Assembly: GCA_965204375.1 (NCBI GenBank)
Contig: OZ241986.1
Span: forward strand, 2,336,001 to 2,400,000
Source of the DNA: Candidatus Latescibacterota bacterium
GTDB taxonomy: Bacteria; Latescibacterota; UBA2968
Direction: 5' to 3'
DNA length: 64,000 bases
Positions 1-15,000 of this stretch are shown here, piece by piece. The number at the start of each line of letters is the position of its first letter. Positions within the stretch are counted from its first letter, which is position 1. Both the position numbers and the translations under genes were made by a program. A model generated the notes under the pieces. It was not told the DNA's origin. It saw nothing but the letters and a program-made list of their open reading frames with translations, and searched no databases.

Positions 1-3000
1 ACCATAATCCGTACCCTCCGTTGCACTGTCACTGCCAGAACCCACGCTCACCGTCACCGTCGTCGCCACTGTCCGGACAGATTCATTCAACGTCGCTGTC
101 ACGCTCACTGTCGTTGCAGAATCATCCTCACCAACCGACGAGGGAGATACAGACAATGTCACCTCAGTCGAAGCCGTATCATCATCAGTAACAGACACCG
201 CTACCTGATCCGCTGTGGTCACAGAGCCATACCCACTCACCGTATGACTGATCGTCGCACTGCCATTCTCCGCATCGTCATCCGCAACCCCACTCACTGT
301 CACTGTCTGTGCTGTGCTCCAATTGCTTGAGGTGAATGTCACAGTCGCTGGGGACACTGTCGCCACACTTACCGCACTACTCCTCGCACTCACCGTCACA
401 TTCCCACCCGGCTTACTGCTCAGTTTCAACGTGTAGGTATTCGTCGATCCCTCATTTATCGTCAGACTGGTCGGATCAACCACCACACCTGCCACGTCGT
501 CATCGGTAATCGTCAGCGACGTCCCATTCACCGTCAGACCTGACGTGCTACCACCCACCGAAACCGTCTCATTCCCCTCCGCAACTGAATCATCACTCGG
601 CGTAATTGTAAACGTCCCGCTACCACTTGATGAACCAGCGGCTATGGTCACTGTAACATCCGCCACAGTACCATAGTCCGTACCCTCCGTTGCACTGTCA
701 CTGCCAGAACCCACGCTCACCGTCACTGTCGTCGCCACCGTCCGGGCAGATTCATTCAGCGTCGCTGTCACCGTTACCGTCGTCGCGCTGTCATCTTCAC
801 CTACCGACGAGGGAGATACAGACAACGCCACCTCAGTCGAAGCCGTATCATCATCAGTTACGGACACCGCCACCTCATCCGCTGTGGTTACGCTACCATA
901 CCCACTCACCGTATGACTGATCGTGGCACTGCCATTCTCCGCATCACCGTCTTGAACCCCACTCACCGTCACGGTCTGTGCTGTGCTCCAATTGCTTGAG
1001 GTGAATGTCACAGTCACTGGGGACACTGTCGCAACACTTACCGCACTACTCCTCGCACTCACCGTCACATTACCACCCGGCTTACTGCTCAGTTTCAACG
1101 TATAGGTATTCGTGCTGCCCTCACCCACTGTCAGCGTCTTGGGGTCAACCACCACACCTGCCATGTCGTCATCGGTTACGGTGATGTCCACAGAGTCCAC
1201 TGTCAGGCTGGACGAATACTTGCTATCACTGCTGGCGGACTGATGACTGATCGTAGCACTGCCATTATCCGCATCATCATCCGAAACCCCACTCACCGTC
1301 ACGGTCTGTGCTGTGCTCCAATTGCTTGAGGTGAATGTCACAGTCACTGGGGACACTGTCGCCACACTTATCGCACTACTCCTCGCGCTCACCGTCACAT
1401 TTCCACCCGGCTTACTGCTCAGTTTCAGCGTATAGGTCTTCGTGTTGCCCTCACCCACTGTCAGGCTGGTTGGGTCAACCACCACACCTGCCATGTCATC
1501 ATCCGTAATCGTCAGTGACGTTCCGTTCACCGTCAGACCTGACGTGCTACCATCCACCGAAACCGTCTCATTCCCCTCCGCAACTGAATCATCACTCGGC
1601 GTGATTGTAAACGTCCCTGTTCCACTCGTCTTTCCCGCTGCTATCGTGACGGTGACATCAGACACAGTACCATAGTCCGTGCCCTCCGTTGCACTGTCAC
1701 TGCCATCCCCTATCGAGACTGTCACCGTCGTCGCCACTGTCCGCGCAGATTCATTCAGCGTCGCTGTCACCGTTACCATCGTCGCACTGTCATCCTCACC
1801 AACTGACGAAGGAGATACAGACAATGTCACCTCAGTCGAAGCCGTATCATCATCAGTGACGGATACCGCCACCTGATCCGCTGTGGTTACGCTACCATAC
1901 CCACTCACCGTATGACTGATCGTCGCACTGCCATTCTCCGCATCGTCATCCGCAACCCCACTCACTGTCACTGTCTGCGCTGTGCTCCAATTGCTGGAAG
2001 TGAATGTCACAGTCACTGGGGACACTGTCGCAACACTTGTCGCACTACTCCTCGCACGCACCGTCACATTCCCACCCGGCTTACTGCTCAGTTTCAACGT
2101 GTAGGTATTCGTGCTGCCCTCACCCACTGTCAGCGTCTTGGGGTCAACCACCACACCTGCCATGTCGTCATCGGTTACGGTGATGTCCACAGAGTCCACT
2201 GTCAGGCTGGACGAATACTTGCTATCACTGCTGGCGGACTGATGACTGATCGTGGCACTGCCATTCTCCGCATCATCATCCGCAACCCCGCTCACCGTCA
2301 CTGTCTGCGCTGTGCTCCAATTGCTTGAGGTGAATGTCACAGTCGCTGGGGACACTGTCGCCACACTTACCGCACTACTCCTCGCACTCACCGTCACATT
2401 CCCACCTGGCTTACTGCTCAGTTTCAACGTGTAGGTATTCGTGTTGCCTTCACCCACTGTCAGACTGGTTGGATTGACAACCACACCTGCCATGTCGTCA
2501 TCCGTAATCGTCAGCGACGTTCCGTTCACCGTCAGACCTGACGTGCTACCATCCACCGAAACCGTCTCATTCCCCTCCGCAACTGAATCGTCCGTCGGCG
2601 TGATTGTAAACGTCCCTGTTCCACTCGTCTTTCCCGCTGCTATCGTGACGGTGACATCAGACACAGTACCATAGTCCGTGCCCTCTACCGCACTGTCACT
2701 GCCATCACCTATCGAGACTGTCACTGTCGTCGCCACCGTCCGCGCATCTGCATTCAGCGTCGCTGTCACTGTCACGGTTGTCGCACTGTCATCCTCACCA
2801 ACCGACGAAGGAGATACAGACAACGCCACCTCGGTCGAAGCCGTATCATCATCACGGATCGTCAAACTCGATGTAGCACCTGTCAGACCCGACACACTGC
2901 CACGCACAGAAACCGTCTCATTACCCTCCGCAACTGAATCGTCCGTCGGCGTAATCGTAAACGTCCCGCTACCACTCGTCTTTTCCGATGCAATCGTCAC

Positions 3001-6000
3001 AGTGACATCAGACACAGTACCATAGTCCGTGCCCTCCGTTGCACTATCACTGCCAGAACCCACAGACACTGTCACCATCGTCGCACCCGGCAATGCCGAC
3101 CCGTTCAACATCACCGTCACGCTCACCGTCACAGAACCACCATTTTCTGTCACACTATTCGGATTCAGACTCAACCCTATCCCGGTCGGTGCCGCATCAT
3201 TATCCATAATTTTCAGACTCGCACCCGTCACCGAAAGAGTGCCCGCAGAGCCGTTCACAGAAACCTGTTCTTCTCCCTCCGATATAGAATCGTCCGTCGG
3301 CGTAATCGTAAACGTCCCTTTACCACTTGTCTTTCCCGCTGCGATCGTCACCGTCACATCAGACACAGTACCATAGTCCGTACCCTCCGTTGCACTGTCA
3401 CCGCTCGCTCCAACAGACACCGTCACCGTCGTCGCATCAGGCAGTATCGACCCTGAAAGCGTTGCCGTCACGCTCACTGTCGTCGCGCTATCACCCTCAC
3501 CTACCATCGCAGGGTCCACAGAAAGAACAATGGTCGGTGCTGTGTCATTGTCGGTAATTGTGCCAGTCGCTTCAAGCGTGCTCCCGCCACCTGATAGCGT
3601 CGCATTCACCGCATTGCTCAACGTCACCTTAAATGTCTCATTACCCTCATATATCGTGTCATCACTAATCGTCACACTAATCGCCTGACTCAGCCCACCC
3701 CCAGAACTGAACGTCACACGACCATCCGTCACTGCTGTATAGTCCTTGCCCGCCTCTGCCGTCCCATCCGCTGTCACCCAACTCACCGTCACGGCCTCGC
3801 TACTCGCCACACTCAAACTCACCGTAAACGTCAGCGTACCTGCACCCTCAGCAGCACTGGCAGAACCTATGCTAAGCACTGGCACTGTGGTTTCTGTAAT
3901 GCTCACCATCACACTTGAAGCTGTCTTACCACTATAGTCACCCGTGCTGCTGACACTATGCGTGACCGTCACTTGTGCATCCACCACCGCATCAGCGTCC
4001 GCAGCCGCACGGACCGTCACGGTCTGCGCTGTGTTCCAAGTATCTGCTGTGAACGTCAGACTCGTCGGACTTGCCGACACATCCGTCCCTGTCGGCACGC
4101 TCACACCAACCGTCACTGACGCTGTTGGTTTAGAGGTCAGTTTCACCGTATATATCTTACTCGAACCCTCATTTATCGTCAGACTGGTTGGATTGACTAC
4201 CACACCTGCCATGTCATCATCCGTAATCGTCAGTGACGTCCCATTCACCGTCAGACCTGACGTGCTACCACTCACTGAAACCGTCTCATTCCCTTCTGCA
4301 ACTGAATCGTCCGTCGGCGTGATTGTAAACGTCCCACTACCACTGGTCTTCCCCGATGCTATCGTGACGGTGACATCAGACACAGTACCATAGTCCGTGC
4401 CCTCCGTCGCACTGTCACTGCCAGAACCCACGCTCACCATCACTGTCGTCGCCACCGTCCGGGCAGATTCATTCAATGTCGCTGTCACACTCACTGTCGT
4501 CGCGCTGTCATCTTCACCAACCGACGAGGGAGATACAGACAACGCCACCTCAGTCGAAGCCGTATCATCATCCGTCACAGACACCGCCACCTCATCCGCT
4601 GTGGTTACGCTACCATACCCACTCACCGTATGACTGATCGTAGCACTGCCATTGTTTGCATCATCATCCGAAACCCCACTCACCGTCACTGTCTGCGCAT
4701 CACTCCAATTGCTGGAAGTGAACGTCACAGTCGCAGGGGACACTGTCGCCACACTTATCGCACTACTCCTCGCACTCACCGTTACATTTCCACCTGGCTT
4801 ACTGCTCAGTTTCAACGTGTAGGTATTCGTGCTGCCCTCACCCACTGTCAGCGTCTTGGGGTCAACCACCACACCTGCCGTCTCGTCATCGGTAACAGAC
4901 ACCGCTACCTGATCCGCTGTGGTCACAGAGCCATACCCACTCACCGTATGACTGATCGTCGCACTGCCATTGTTTGCATCATCATCCGAAACCCCACTCA
5001 CTGTCACTGTCTGCGCATCACTCCAATTGCTTGAGGTGAATGTCACAGTCGCAGGGGACACTGTCGCTACACTTACCGCACTACTCCTCGCACTCACCGT
5101 CACATTCCCACCCGGCTTACTGCTCAGTTTCAATGTGTAGGTATTCGTCGATCCCTCATTTATCGTCAGACTGGTCGGATCAACCACCACACCTGCCACG
5201 TCGTCATCCGTAATCGTCAGTGACGTCCCATTCACCGTCAGACCTGACGTGCTACCACTCACCGAAACCGTCTCATTACCCTCCGCAACTGAATCATCAC
5301 TCGGCGTAATTGTAAACGTCTCGCTACCACTCGTCTGACCCGATGATATCGTCACCGTCACATCAGACACAGTACCATAGTCCGTGCCCTCCGTCGCACT
5401 GTCACTGCCATCCCCTATCGAGACCGTCACCGTCGTCGCCACCGTCCGGACAGATTCATTCAACGTCGCTGTCACACTCACCGTCGTCGCGCTTGCACCC
5501 TCACCAACCGACGAGGGAGATACAGACAACGCCACTGAACTGGAAGCCGTATCATCATCAGTAACAGACACCGCCACCTTATCCGCTGTGGTCACAGAGC
5601 CATACCCACTCACCGTATGACTGATCGTGGCACTGCCATTCTCCGCATCATCGTCTTGAACCCCACTCACTGTCACCGTCTGTGCATCACTCCAATTGCT
5701 TGAGGTGAATGTCACAGTCGCTGGGGACACTGTCGCTACACTTATCGCACCACTACTCGCACTCACCGTCACATTACCACCAGGCTTACTGCTCAGTTTC
5801 AACGTGTAAGTCTTCGTCGATCCCTCACCTACTGTCAGACTGGTTGGATTGACAACCACACCTGCCGTCTCGTCATCGGTAACAGACACCGCTACCTGAT
5901 CCGCTGTGGTTACGCTACCATACCCACTCACCGTATGACTGATCGTCGCACTGCCATTGTTTGCATCATCATCCGAAACCCCACTCACTGTCACTGTCTG

Positions 6001-9000
6001 CGCATCACTCCAATTGCTGGAAGTGAATGTCACAGTCGCTGGGGACACTGTCGCTACACTTATCGCACTACTCCTCGCACTCACCGTTACATTACCACCT
6101 GGCTTACTGCTCAGTTTCAACGTGTAGGTATTCGTGTTGCCTTCACCCACTGTCAGCGTCTTGGGGTCAACCACCACACCTGCCATGTCATCATCCGTAA
6201 TCGTCAGTGACGTTCCGTTCACCGTCAGACCTGACGTGCTACCATCCACCGAAACCGTCTCATTCCCCTCCGCAACTGAATCATCACTCGGCGTAATTGT
6301 AAACGTCCCGCTACCACTTGATGAACCAGCGGCTATGGTCACTGTAACATCCGCCACAGTACCATAGTCCGTACCCTCCGTCGCACTGTCACTGCCATCC
6401 CCTATCGAGACTGTCACCGTCGTCGCCACCGTCCGGACAGATTCATTCAACGTCGCTGTCACACTCACCGTCGTTGCAGAATCATCCTCACCCACTGACG
6501 AGGGAGATACAGACAATGTCACCTCAGTCGAAGCCGTATCATCATCTGTTACGGATACCGCTACTTGATCCGCTGTGGTCACAGAGCCATACCCACTCAC
6601 CGTATGACTGATCGTCGCACTGCCATTATCCGCATCATCATCCGCAACCCCACTCACTGTCACCGTCTGTGCTGTGCTCCAATTGCTTGAGGTGAATGTC
6701 ACAGTCGCTGGGGACACTGTCGCCACACTTATCGCACTACTCCTCGCACTCACCGTCACATTCCCACCCGGCTGGCTACTCAGTTTCAGCGTATAGGTAT
6801 TCGTGCTACCCTCATCTACCGTCAGCGTCTTCGGGTCAACCACCACACCTGCCGTCTCGTCATCGGTAACAGACACCGCTACCTGATCCGCTGTGGTCAC
6901 AGAGCCATACCCACTCACCGTATGACTGATCGTCGCACTGCCATTGTTTGCATCATCATCCGAAACCCCACTCACTGTCACTGTCTGCGCATCACTCCAA
7001 TTGCTTGAGGTGAATGTCACAGTCGCAGGGGACACTGTCGCTACACCTATCGCACTACTCCTCGCACTCACTGTCACATTTCCACCTGGCTGGCTACTCA
7101 GTTTCAGCGTATAGGTATTCGTGCTACCCTCACCCACTGTCAGCGTCTTCGGGTCAACCACCACACCTGCCATGTCGTCATCCGTAATCGTCAGCGACGT
7201 TCCGTTTACCGTCAGACCTGACGTGCTACCACCCACAGAAACCGTCTCATTACCCTCCGCAAACGAATCGTCCGTCGGCGTGATTGTAAACGTACCGCTA
7301 CCACTCGTATTCCCCGATGCTATCGTCACGGTGACATCAGACACTGTACCATAGTCCGTGCCCTCCGTCGCACTGTCATTGGTAGCCCCTATCGAGATCG
7401 TCACCGTCGTCGTCACCGTCCTGGCAGATTCATCCAACGTCGCTGTCACGCTCACCATCGTCGCAGAATCATCCTCACCCACTGACGAGGGAGAAACCGA
7501 CAATGTCACCTCGGTCGAAGCCGTATCATCATCAGTTACGGATACCGCTACTTGATCCGCTGTGGTCACAGAGCCGTATCCACTCACCGTATGACTGATC
7601 GTGGCACTGCCATTCTCCGCATCATCGTCCGCAACCCCACTCACCGTCACTGTCTGCGCTGTGCTCCAATTGCTTGAGGTAAACGTCACAGTCACTGGGG
7701 ACACTGTCGCTACACTTACCGCACTACTCCTCGCACTCACCGTCACATTTCCACCCGGCTTACTGCTCAGTTTCAACGTGTAGGTCTTACTCGAACCCTC
7801 ACCCACTGTCAGACTGGTTGGATTGACAACCACACCTGCCGTCTCGTCATCAGTTACGGATACCGCCACCTCATCCGCTGTGGTTACGCTACCATACCCA
7901 CTCACCGTATGACTGATTGTAGCACTGCCATTGTCTGCATCGTCATCCGAAACCCCGCTCACCGTCACCGTCTGCGCTGTGCTCCAATTGCTTGAGGTGA
8001 ATGTCACAGTCGCAGGGGACACTGTCGCTACACTTACCGCACTACTCCTCGCACTCACCGTCACATTTCCACCCGGCTGACTGCTCAGCTTCAACGTGTA
8101 GGTATTCGTGCTACCCTCATCTACCGTCAGCGTCTTGGGGTCAACCACCACACCTGCCGTCTCGTCATCAGTTATGGTGATGTCCACAGAGTCCACTGTC
8201 AGACTGGACGAATACTTGCTATCACTGCTGGTGGACTGATGACTGATCGTCGCACTGTCGTTGTTCGCATCATCATCCTGAACCCCACTCACCGTCACTG
8301 TCTGTGCTGTGCTCCAATTGTCTGAGGTAAATGTCACAGTCACTGGGGACACTGTCGCCACACTTGTCGCACTACTCCTCGCACTCACCGTTACATTACC
8401 ACCAGGCTTACTGCTCAGTTTCAGCGTATAGGTATTCGTGCTGCCCTCATCTACCGTCAGCGTCTTCGGAGCAACCACCACACCTGCCATGTCGTCATCC
8501 GTAATCGTCAGTTCCGTCCCATTCACCGTCAGACCTGTGGCACTGCCACTCACCGAAACCGTCTCATTCCCCTCCGCAACTGAATCGTCCGTCGGCGTGA
8601 TTGTAAACGTACCGCTACCACTTGTCTGACCCGATGCGATCGTCACCGTCACATCCGACACGGTACCATAGTCCGTGCCCTCTACCGCACTGTCACTGGT
8701 AGTTCCTATCGAGACTATCACCGTCGTCGCCACCGTCCGGGCAGATTCATTCAACGTCGCTGTCACCGTTACCGTCGTCGCGCTGTCATCTTCACCTACC
8801 GACGAGGGAGATACAGACAACGCCACCTCAGTCGAAGCCGTATCATCATCAGTTACGGACACCGCCACCTCATCCGCTGTGGTTACGCTACCATACCCAC
8901 TCACCGTATGACTGATTGTAGCACTGCCATTCTCCGCATCATCATCCGAAACCCCGCTCACTGTCACCGTCTGTGCTGTGCTCCAATTGCTTGAGGTGAA

Positions 9001-12000
9001 TGTCACAGTCACTGGGGACACTGTCGCCACACTTATCGCACTACTCCTCGCACTCACCGTCACATTCCCACCTGGCTTACTGCTCAGTTTCAACGTGTAA
9101 GTATTCGTCGATCCCTCACCCACTGTCAGCGTCTTCGGGTCAACCACCACACCTGCCGTCTCGTCATCCGTCACAGACACCGCCACTTGATCTGCTGTGG
9201 TCACGGAGCCATACCCACTCACCGTATGACTGATTGTAGCACTGCCATTGTCTGCATCATCATCCGCAATCCCGCTCACCGTTACCGTCTGTGCTGTGCT
9301 CCAATTGCTTGAGGTGAACGTCACAGTCACTGGGGACACTGTCGCCACACTTATCGCACTACTCCTCGCACGCACCGTCACATTTCCACCCGGCTTACTG
9401 CTCAGTTTCAGCGTATAGGTCTTCGTGTTGCCCTCACCCACTGTCAGGCTGGTTGGGTCAACCACCACACCTGCCATGTCGTCATCCGTAATCGTCAGTG
9501 ACGTTCCGTTCACCGTCAGACCTGACGTGCTACCATCCACCGAAACCGTCTCATTCCCCTCCGCAACTGAATCATCACTCGGCGTGATTGTAAACGTCTC
9601 GCTACCACTCGTCTGACCCGATGCGATCGTCACCGTCACATCCGACACAGTACCATAGTCCGTGCCCTCCGTCGCACTGTCACTGCCATCCCCTATCGAG
9701 ACCGTCACCGTCGTCGCCACCGTCCGGGCAGATTCATTCAACGTCGCTGTCACGCTCACTGTCGTTGCAGAATCATCCTCACCAACCGACGAGGGAGATA
9801 CAGACAATGTCACCTCAGTCGAAGCCGTATCATCATCCGTCACAGACACCGCTACTTGATCCGCTGTGGTCACAGAGCCATACCCACTCACCGTATGACT
9901 GATCGTCGCACTGCCATTCTCCGCATCGTCATCCGCAACCCCACTCACTGTCACTGTCTGTGCTGTGCTCCAATTGCTTGAGGTAAATGTCACAGTCGCT
10001 GGGGACACTGTCGCCACACTTACCGCACTACTCCTCGCGCTCACCGTTACATTACCACCCGGCTTACTGCTCAGTTTCAGCGTATAGGTCTTGCTCGAAC
10101 CCTCATTTATCGTCAGACTGGTTGGATTGACTACCACACCTGCCGTCTCGTCATCAGTTACGGATACCGCTACCTGATCCGCTGTGGTCACAGAGCCGTA
10201 TCCACTCACCGTATGACTGATCGTAGCACTGCCATTGTCTGCATCGTCATCCGAAACCCCGCTCACCGTCACTGTCTGCGCTGTGCTCCAATTGCTTGAG
10301 GTGAATGTCACAGTCGCAGGGGACACTGTCGCCACACTTACCGCACTACTCCTCGCACTCACCGTCACAGTCCCACCTGGCTGACTGCTCAGTTTCAACG
10401 TATAGGTCTTACTCGAACCCTCACCCACTGTCAGCGTCTTGGGGTCAACCACCACACCCGCCATGTCGTCATCCGTAATCGTCAGTGACGTCCCATTCAC
10501 CGTCAGACCTGTGGCACTGCCACCCACCGAAACCGTCTCATTACCCTCCGCAACTGAATCGTCCGTCGGACTAATTGTAAACGTCCCGCTACCACTTGTA
10601 TTCCCCGATGCTATCGTCACCGTCACATCAGACACAGTACCATAGTCCGTGCCCTCCGTGGCACTGTCACTACCATCCCCTATCGAGACTATCACCGTCG
10701 TCGCCACCGTCCTGGCAGATTCATTCAATGTCGCTGTCACGCTCACTGTCGTCGCGCTGTCATCTTCACCAACCGACGAGGGAGATACAGACAAAGACAC
10801 CTCGGTCGAAGCCGTATCATCATCCGTCACAGACACCGCTACTTGATCCGCTGTGGTGACAGAGCCATACCCACTCACCGTATGACTGATCGTAGCACTG
10901 CCATTCTCCGCATCATCGTCAGCAACCCCGCTCACTGTCACCGTCTGCGCTGTGCTCCAATTGCTTGAGGTGAACGTCACAGTCGCAGGGGACACTGTCG
11001 CCACACTTACCGCACTACTCCTCGCACTCACCGTCACATTTCCACCCGGCTTACTACTCAGTTTCAACGTATAGGTATTCGTGTTGCCCTCACCCACTGT
11101 CAACGTCTTCGGATCAACCACCACACCCGCCGTCTCGTCATCAGTTACGGATACCGCTACTTGATCCGCTGTGGTCACAGAGCCATACCCACTCACCGAA
11201 TGACTGATCGTGGCACTGCCATTGTCTGCATCGTCATCCGCAACCCCGCTCACCGTCACTGTCTGCGCTGTGCTCCAATTGCTTGAGGTGAATGTCACAG
11301 TCGCAGGGGACACTGTCGCCACACTTACCGCACTACTCCTCGCACTCACCGTCACATTACCACCCGGCTTACTGCTCAGTTTCAGCGTGTAGGTATTCGT
11401 CGATCCCTCATCCACTGTCAGCGTCTTGGGGTCAACCACCACACCTGCCATGTCGTCATCCGTAATCGTCAGTGACGTCCCATTTACCGTCAGACCTGAC
11501 GTGCTACCATCCACCGAAACCGTCTCATTACCCTCCGCAACTGAATCGTCCGTCGGCGTAATTGTAAACGTCTCGCTACCACTCGTCTGACCCGATGAGA
11601 TCGTCACCGTCACATCAGACACAGTACCATAGTCCGTGCCCTCCGTTGCACTGTCACTGCCAGAACCCACGCTCACCGTCACCGTCGTCGCCACTGTCCG
11701 GACAGATTCATTCAACGTCGCTGTCACGCTCACTGTCGTTGCAGAATCATCCTCACCAACCGACGAGGGAGATACAGACAATGTCACCTCAGTCGAAGCC
11801 GTATCATCATCAGTAACAGACACCGCTACCTGATCCGCTGTGGTCACAGAGCCATACCCACTCACCGTATGACTGATCGTCGCACTGCCATTCTCCGCAT
11901 CACCGTCTTGAACCCCACTCACTGTCACCGTCTGCGCATCACTCCAATTGCTGGAAGTGAACGTCACAGTCGCAGGGGACACTGTCGCTACACTTATCGC

Positions 12001-15000
12001 ACCACTCCTCGCACTCACCGTTACATTTCCACCAGGCTTACTGCTCAGTTTCAACGTGTAAGTCTTCGTCGATCCCTCACCTACTGTCAGACTGGTTGGA
12101 TTGACAACCACACCTGCCGTCTCGTCATCGGTAACAGACACCGCTACCTGATCCGCTGTGGTTACGCTACCATACCCACTCACCGAATGACTGATCGTAG
12201 CACTGCCATTGTTTGCATCATCATCCGAAACCCCACTCACCGTCACTGTCTGCGCATCACTCCAATTGCTGGAAGTGAACGTCACAGTCGCTGGGGACAC
12301 TGTCGCTACACTTATCGCACTACTCCTCGCACTCACCGTTACATTTCCACCAGGCTTACTGCTCAGTTTCAACGTGTAAGTCTTCGTCGATCCCTCACCT
12401 ACTGTCAGACTGGTTGGATTGACAACCACACCTGCCGTCTCGTCATCGGTAACAGACACCGCTACCTGATCCGCTGTGGTTACGCTACCATACCCACTCA
12501 CCGAATGACTGATCGTAGCACTGCCATTGTTTGCATCATCATCCGAAACCCCACTCACCGTCACTGTCTGCGCATCACTCCAATTGCTGGAAGTGAACGT
12601 CACAGTCGCTGGGGACACTGTCGCTACACTTATCGCACTACTCCTCGCACTCACCGTTACATTTCCACCTGGCTTACTGCTCAGTTTCAACGTGTAGGTA
12701 TTCGTGCTACCCTCATCCACTGTCAGCGTCTTCGGATCAACCACCACACCTGCCGTCTCGTCATCAGTTACGGTGATGTCCACAGAGTCCACTGTCAGGC
12801 TGGACGAATACTTGCTATCACTGCTGGTGGACTGATGACTGATCGTAGCACTGTCGTTGTCTGCATCATCGTCCGCAACCCCACTCACTGTCACTGTCTG
12901 CGCTGTGCTCCAATTGCTTGACGTGAATGTCACAGTCGCAGGGGACACTGTCGCCACACTTATCGCACTACTCCTCGCACTCACTGTCACATTTCCACCT
13001 GGCTTACTGCTCAGTTTCAAGGTGTAGGTATTCGTGCTGCCCTCATCCACTGTCAGCGTCTTCGGATCAACCACCACACCTGCCATGTCATCATCCGTCA
13101 CAGACACCGCCACCTGATCCGCTGTGGTCACAGAGCCATACCCACTCACTGTATGACTGATCGTAGCACTGCCATTGTCTGCATCATCATCCGCAACCCC
13201 ACTCACCGTCACCGTCTGTGCTGTGCTCCAATTGCTGGAAGTGAATGTCACAGTCACTGGGGACACTGTCGCCACACTTATCGCACTACTCCTCGCACTC
13301 ACCGTCACATTTCCACCCGGCTCACTGTTCAGTTTCAAGGTGTAGGTATTCGTGCCACCCTCACCCACTGTCAGACTGGTTGGGTCAACCACCACACCTG
13401 CCGTCTCGTCATCGGTCACAGACACCGCCACTGAGGCCACTGTCAGGCTGGACGAATACTTGCTATCACTGCTGGTGGACTGATGGCTGATCGTCGTACT
13501 GCCATCCTCTGCATCATTGTCTTGAACCCCGCTCACCGTCACTGTCTGTGCATCACTCCAATTGCTGGAAGTGAACGTCACAGTCGTTGGGGACACTGTC
13601 GCCACACTTACCGCACCACTCCTCGCACTCACCGTCACATTCCCACCTGGCTGACTGCTCAGTTTCAGCGTGTAGGTCTTACTCGAACCCTCACCCACTG
13701 TCAGGCTGGTTGGGTCAACCACCACACCTGCCTCATCGTCATCAGTGACGGATACCGCCACCTGATCCGCTGTGGTCACGGAGCCATACCCACTCACCGT
13801 ATGGGTAATCGTGGTATTGTCGTTGTCTGCATCATCGTCCGCAACCCCACTCACTGTCACTGTCTGTGCATCACTCCAATTGCTTGAGGTGAATGTCACA
13901 GTCACTGGCGATACTGTCGCCACACTTACCGCACTACTCCTCGCACTCACCGTCACATTTCCACCTGGCTGACTGCTCAGTTTCAAGGTGTAGGTATTCG
14001 TGCTACCCTCACCCACTGTCAACGTCTTGGGATCAACCACCACACCTGCCATGTCGTCATCCGTAATCGTCAGTGACGTCCCATTCACCGTCAGACCTGT
14101 GGCACTGCCACCCACCGAAACCGTCTCATTACCCTCCGCAACTGAATCGTCCGTCGGACTAATTGTAAACGTCCCGCTACCACTTGTCTGACCCGATGAT
14201 ATCGTCACCGTCACATCAGACACAGTACCATAGTCCGTGCCCTCCGTTGCACTGTCACTACCATCCCCTATCGAGACTATCACCGTCGTCGCCACCGTCC
14301 GGGCAGATTCATTCAATGTCGCTGTCACACTCACCGTCGTCGCGCTGTCATCTTCACCTACCGACGAGGGAGATACAGACAACGCCACCTCGGTCGAAGC
14401 CGTATCATCATCCGTCACAGACACCGCCACCTCATCTGCTGTGGTGACAGACCCATACCCACTCACCGAATGACTGATCGTCGCACTGCCATTGTCTGCA
14501 TCATCGTCAGCAACCCCGCTCACTGTCACCGTCTGCGCTGTGCTCCAATTGCTTGAGGTGAATGTCACAGTCGCTGGGGACACTGTCGCCACACTTGTCG
14601 CACTACTCCTCGCGCTCACCGTTACATTACCACCAGGCTTACTGCTCAGTTTCAACGTGTAAGTCTTCGTCGATCCCTCACCTACTGTCAGACTGGTTGG
14701 ATTGACCACCACACCTGCCGTCTCGTCATCGGTAACAGACACCGCTACCTGATCCGCTGTGGTCACGGAGCCATACCCACTCACCGTATGACTGATCGTC
14801 GCACTGCCATTGTTTGCATCATCATCCGAAACCCCACTCACTGTCACTGTCTGCGCATCACTCCAATTGCTTGAGGTGAATGTCACAGTCGCAGGGGACA
14901 CTGTCGCTACACTTATCGCACTACTCCTCGCACTCACCGTTACATTACCACCAGGCTTACTGCTCAGTTTCAACGTGTAGGTATTCGTGTTGCCCTCACC

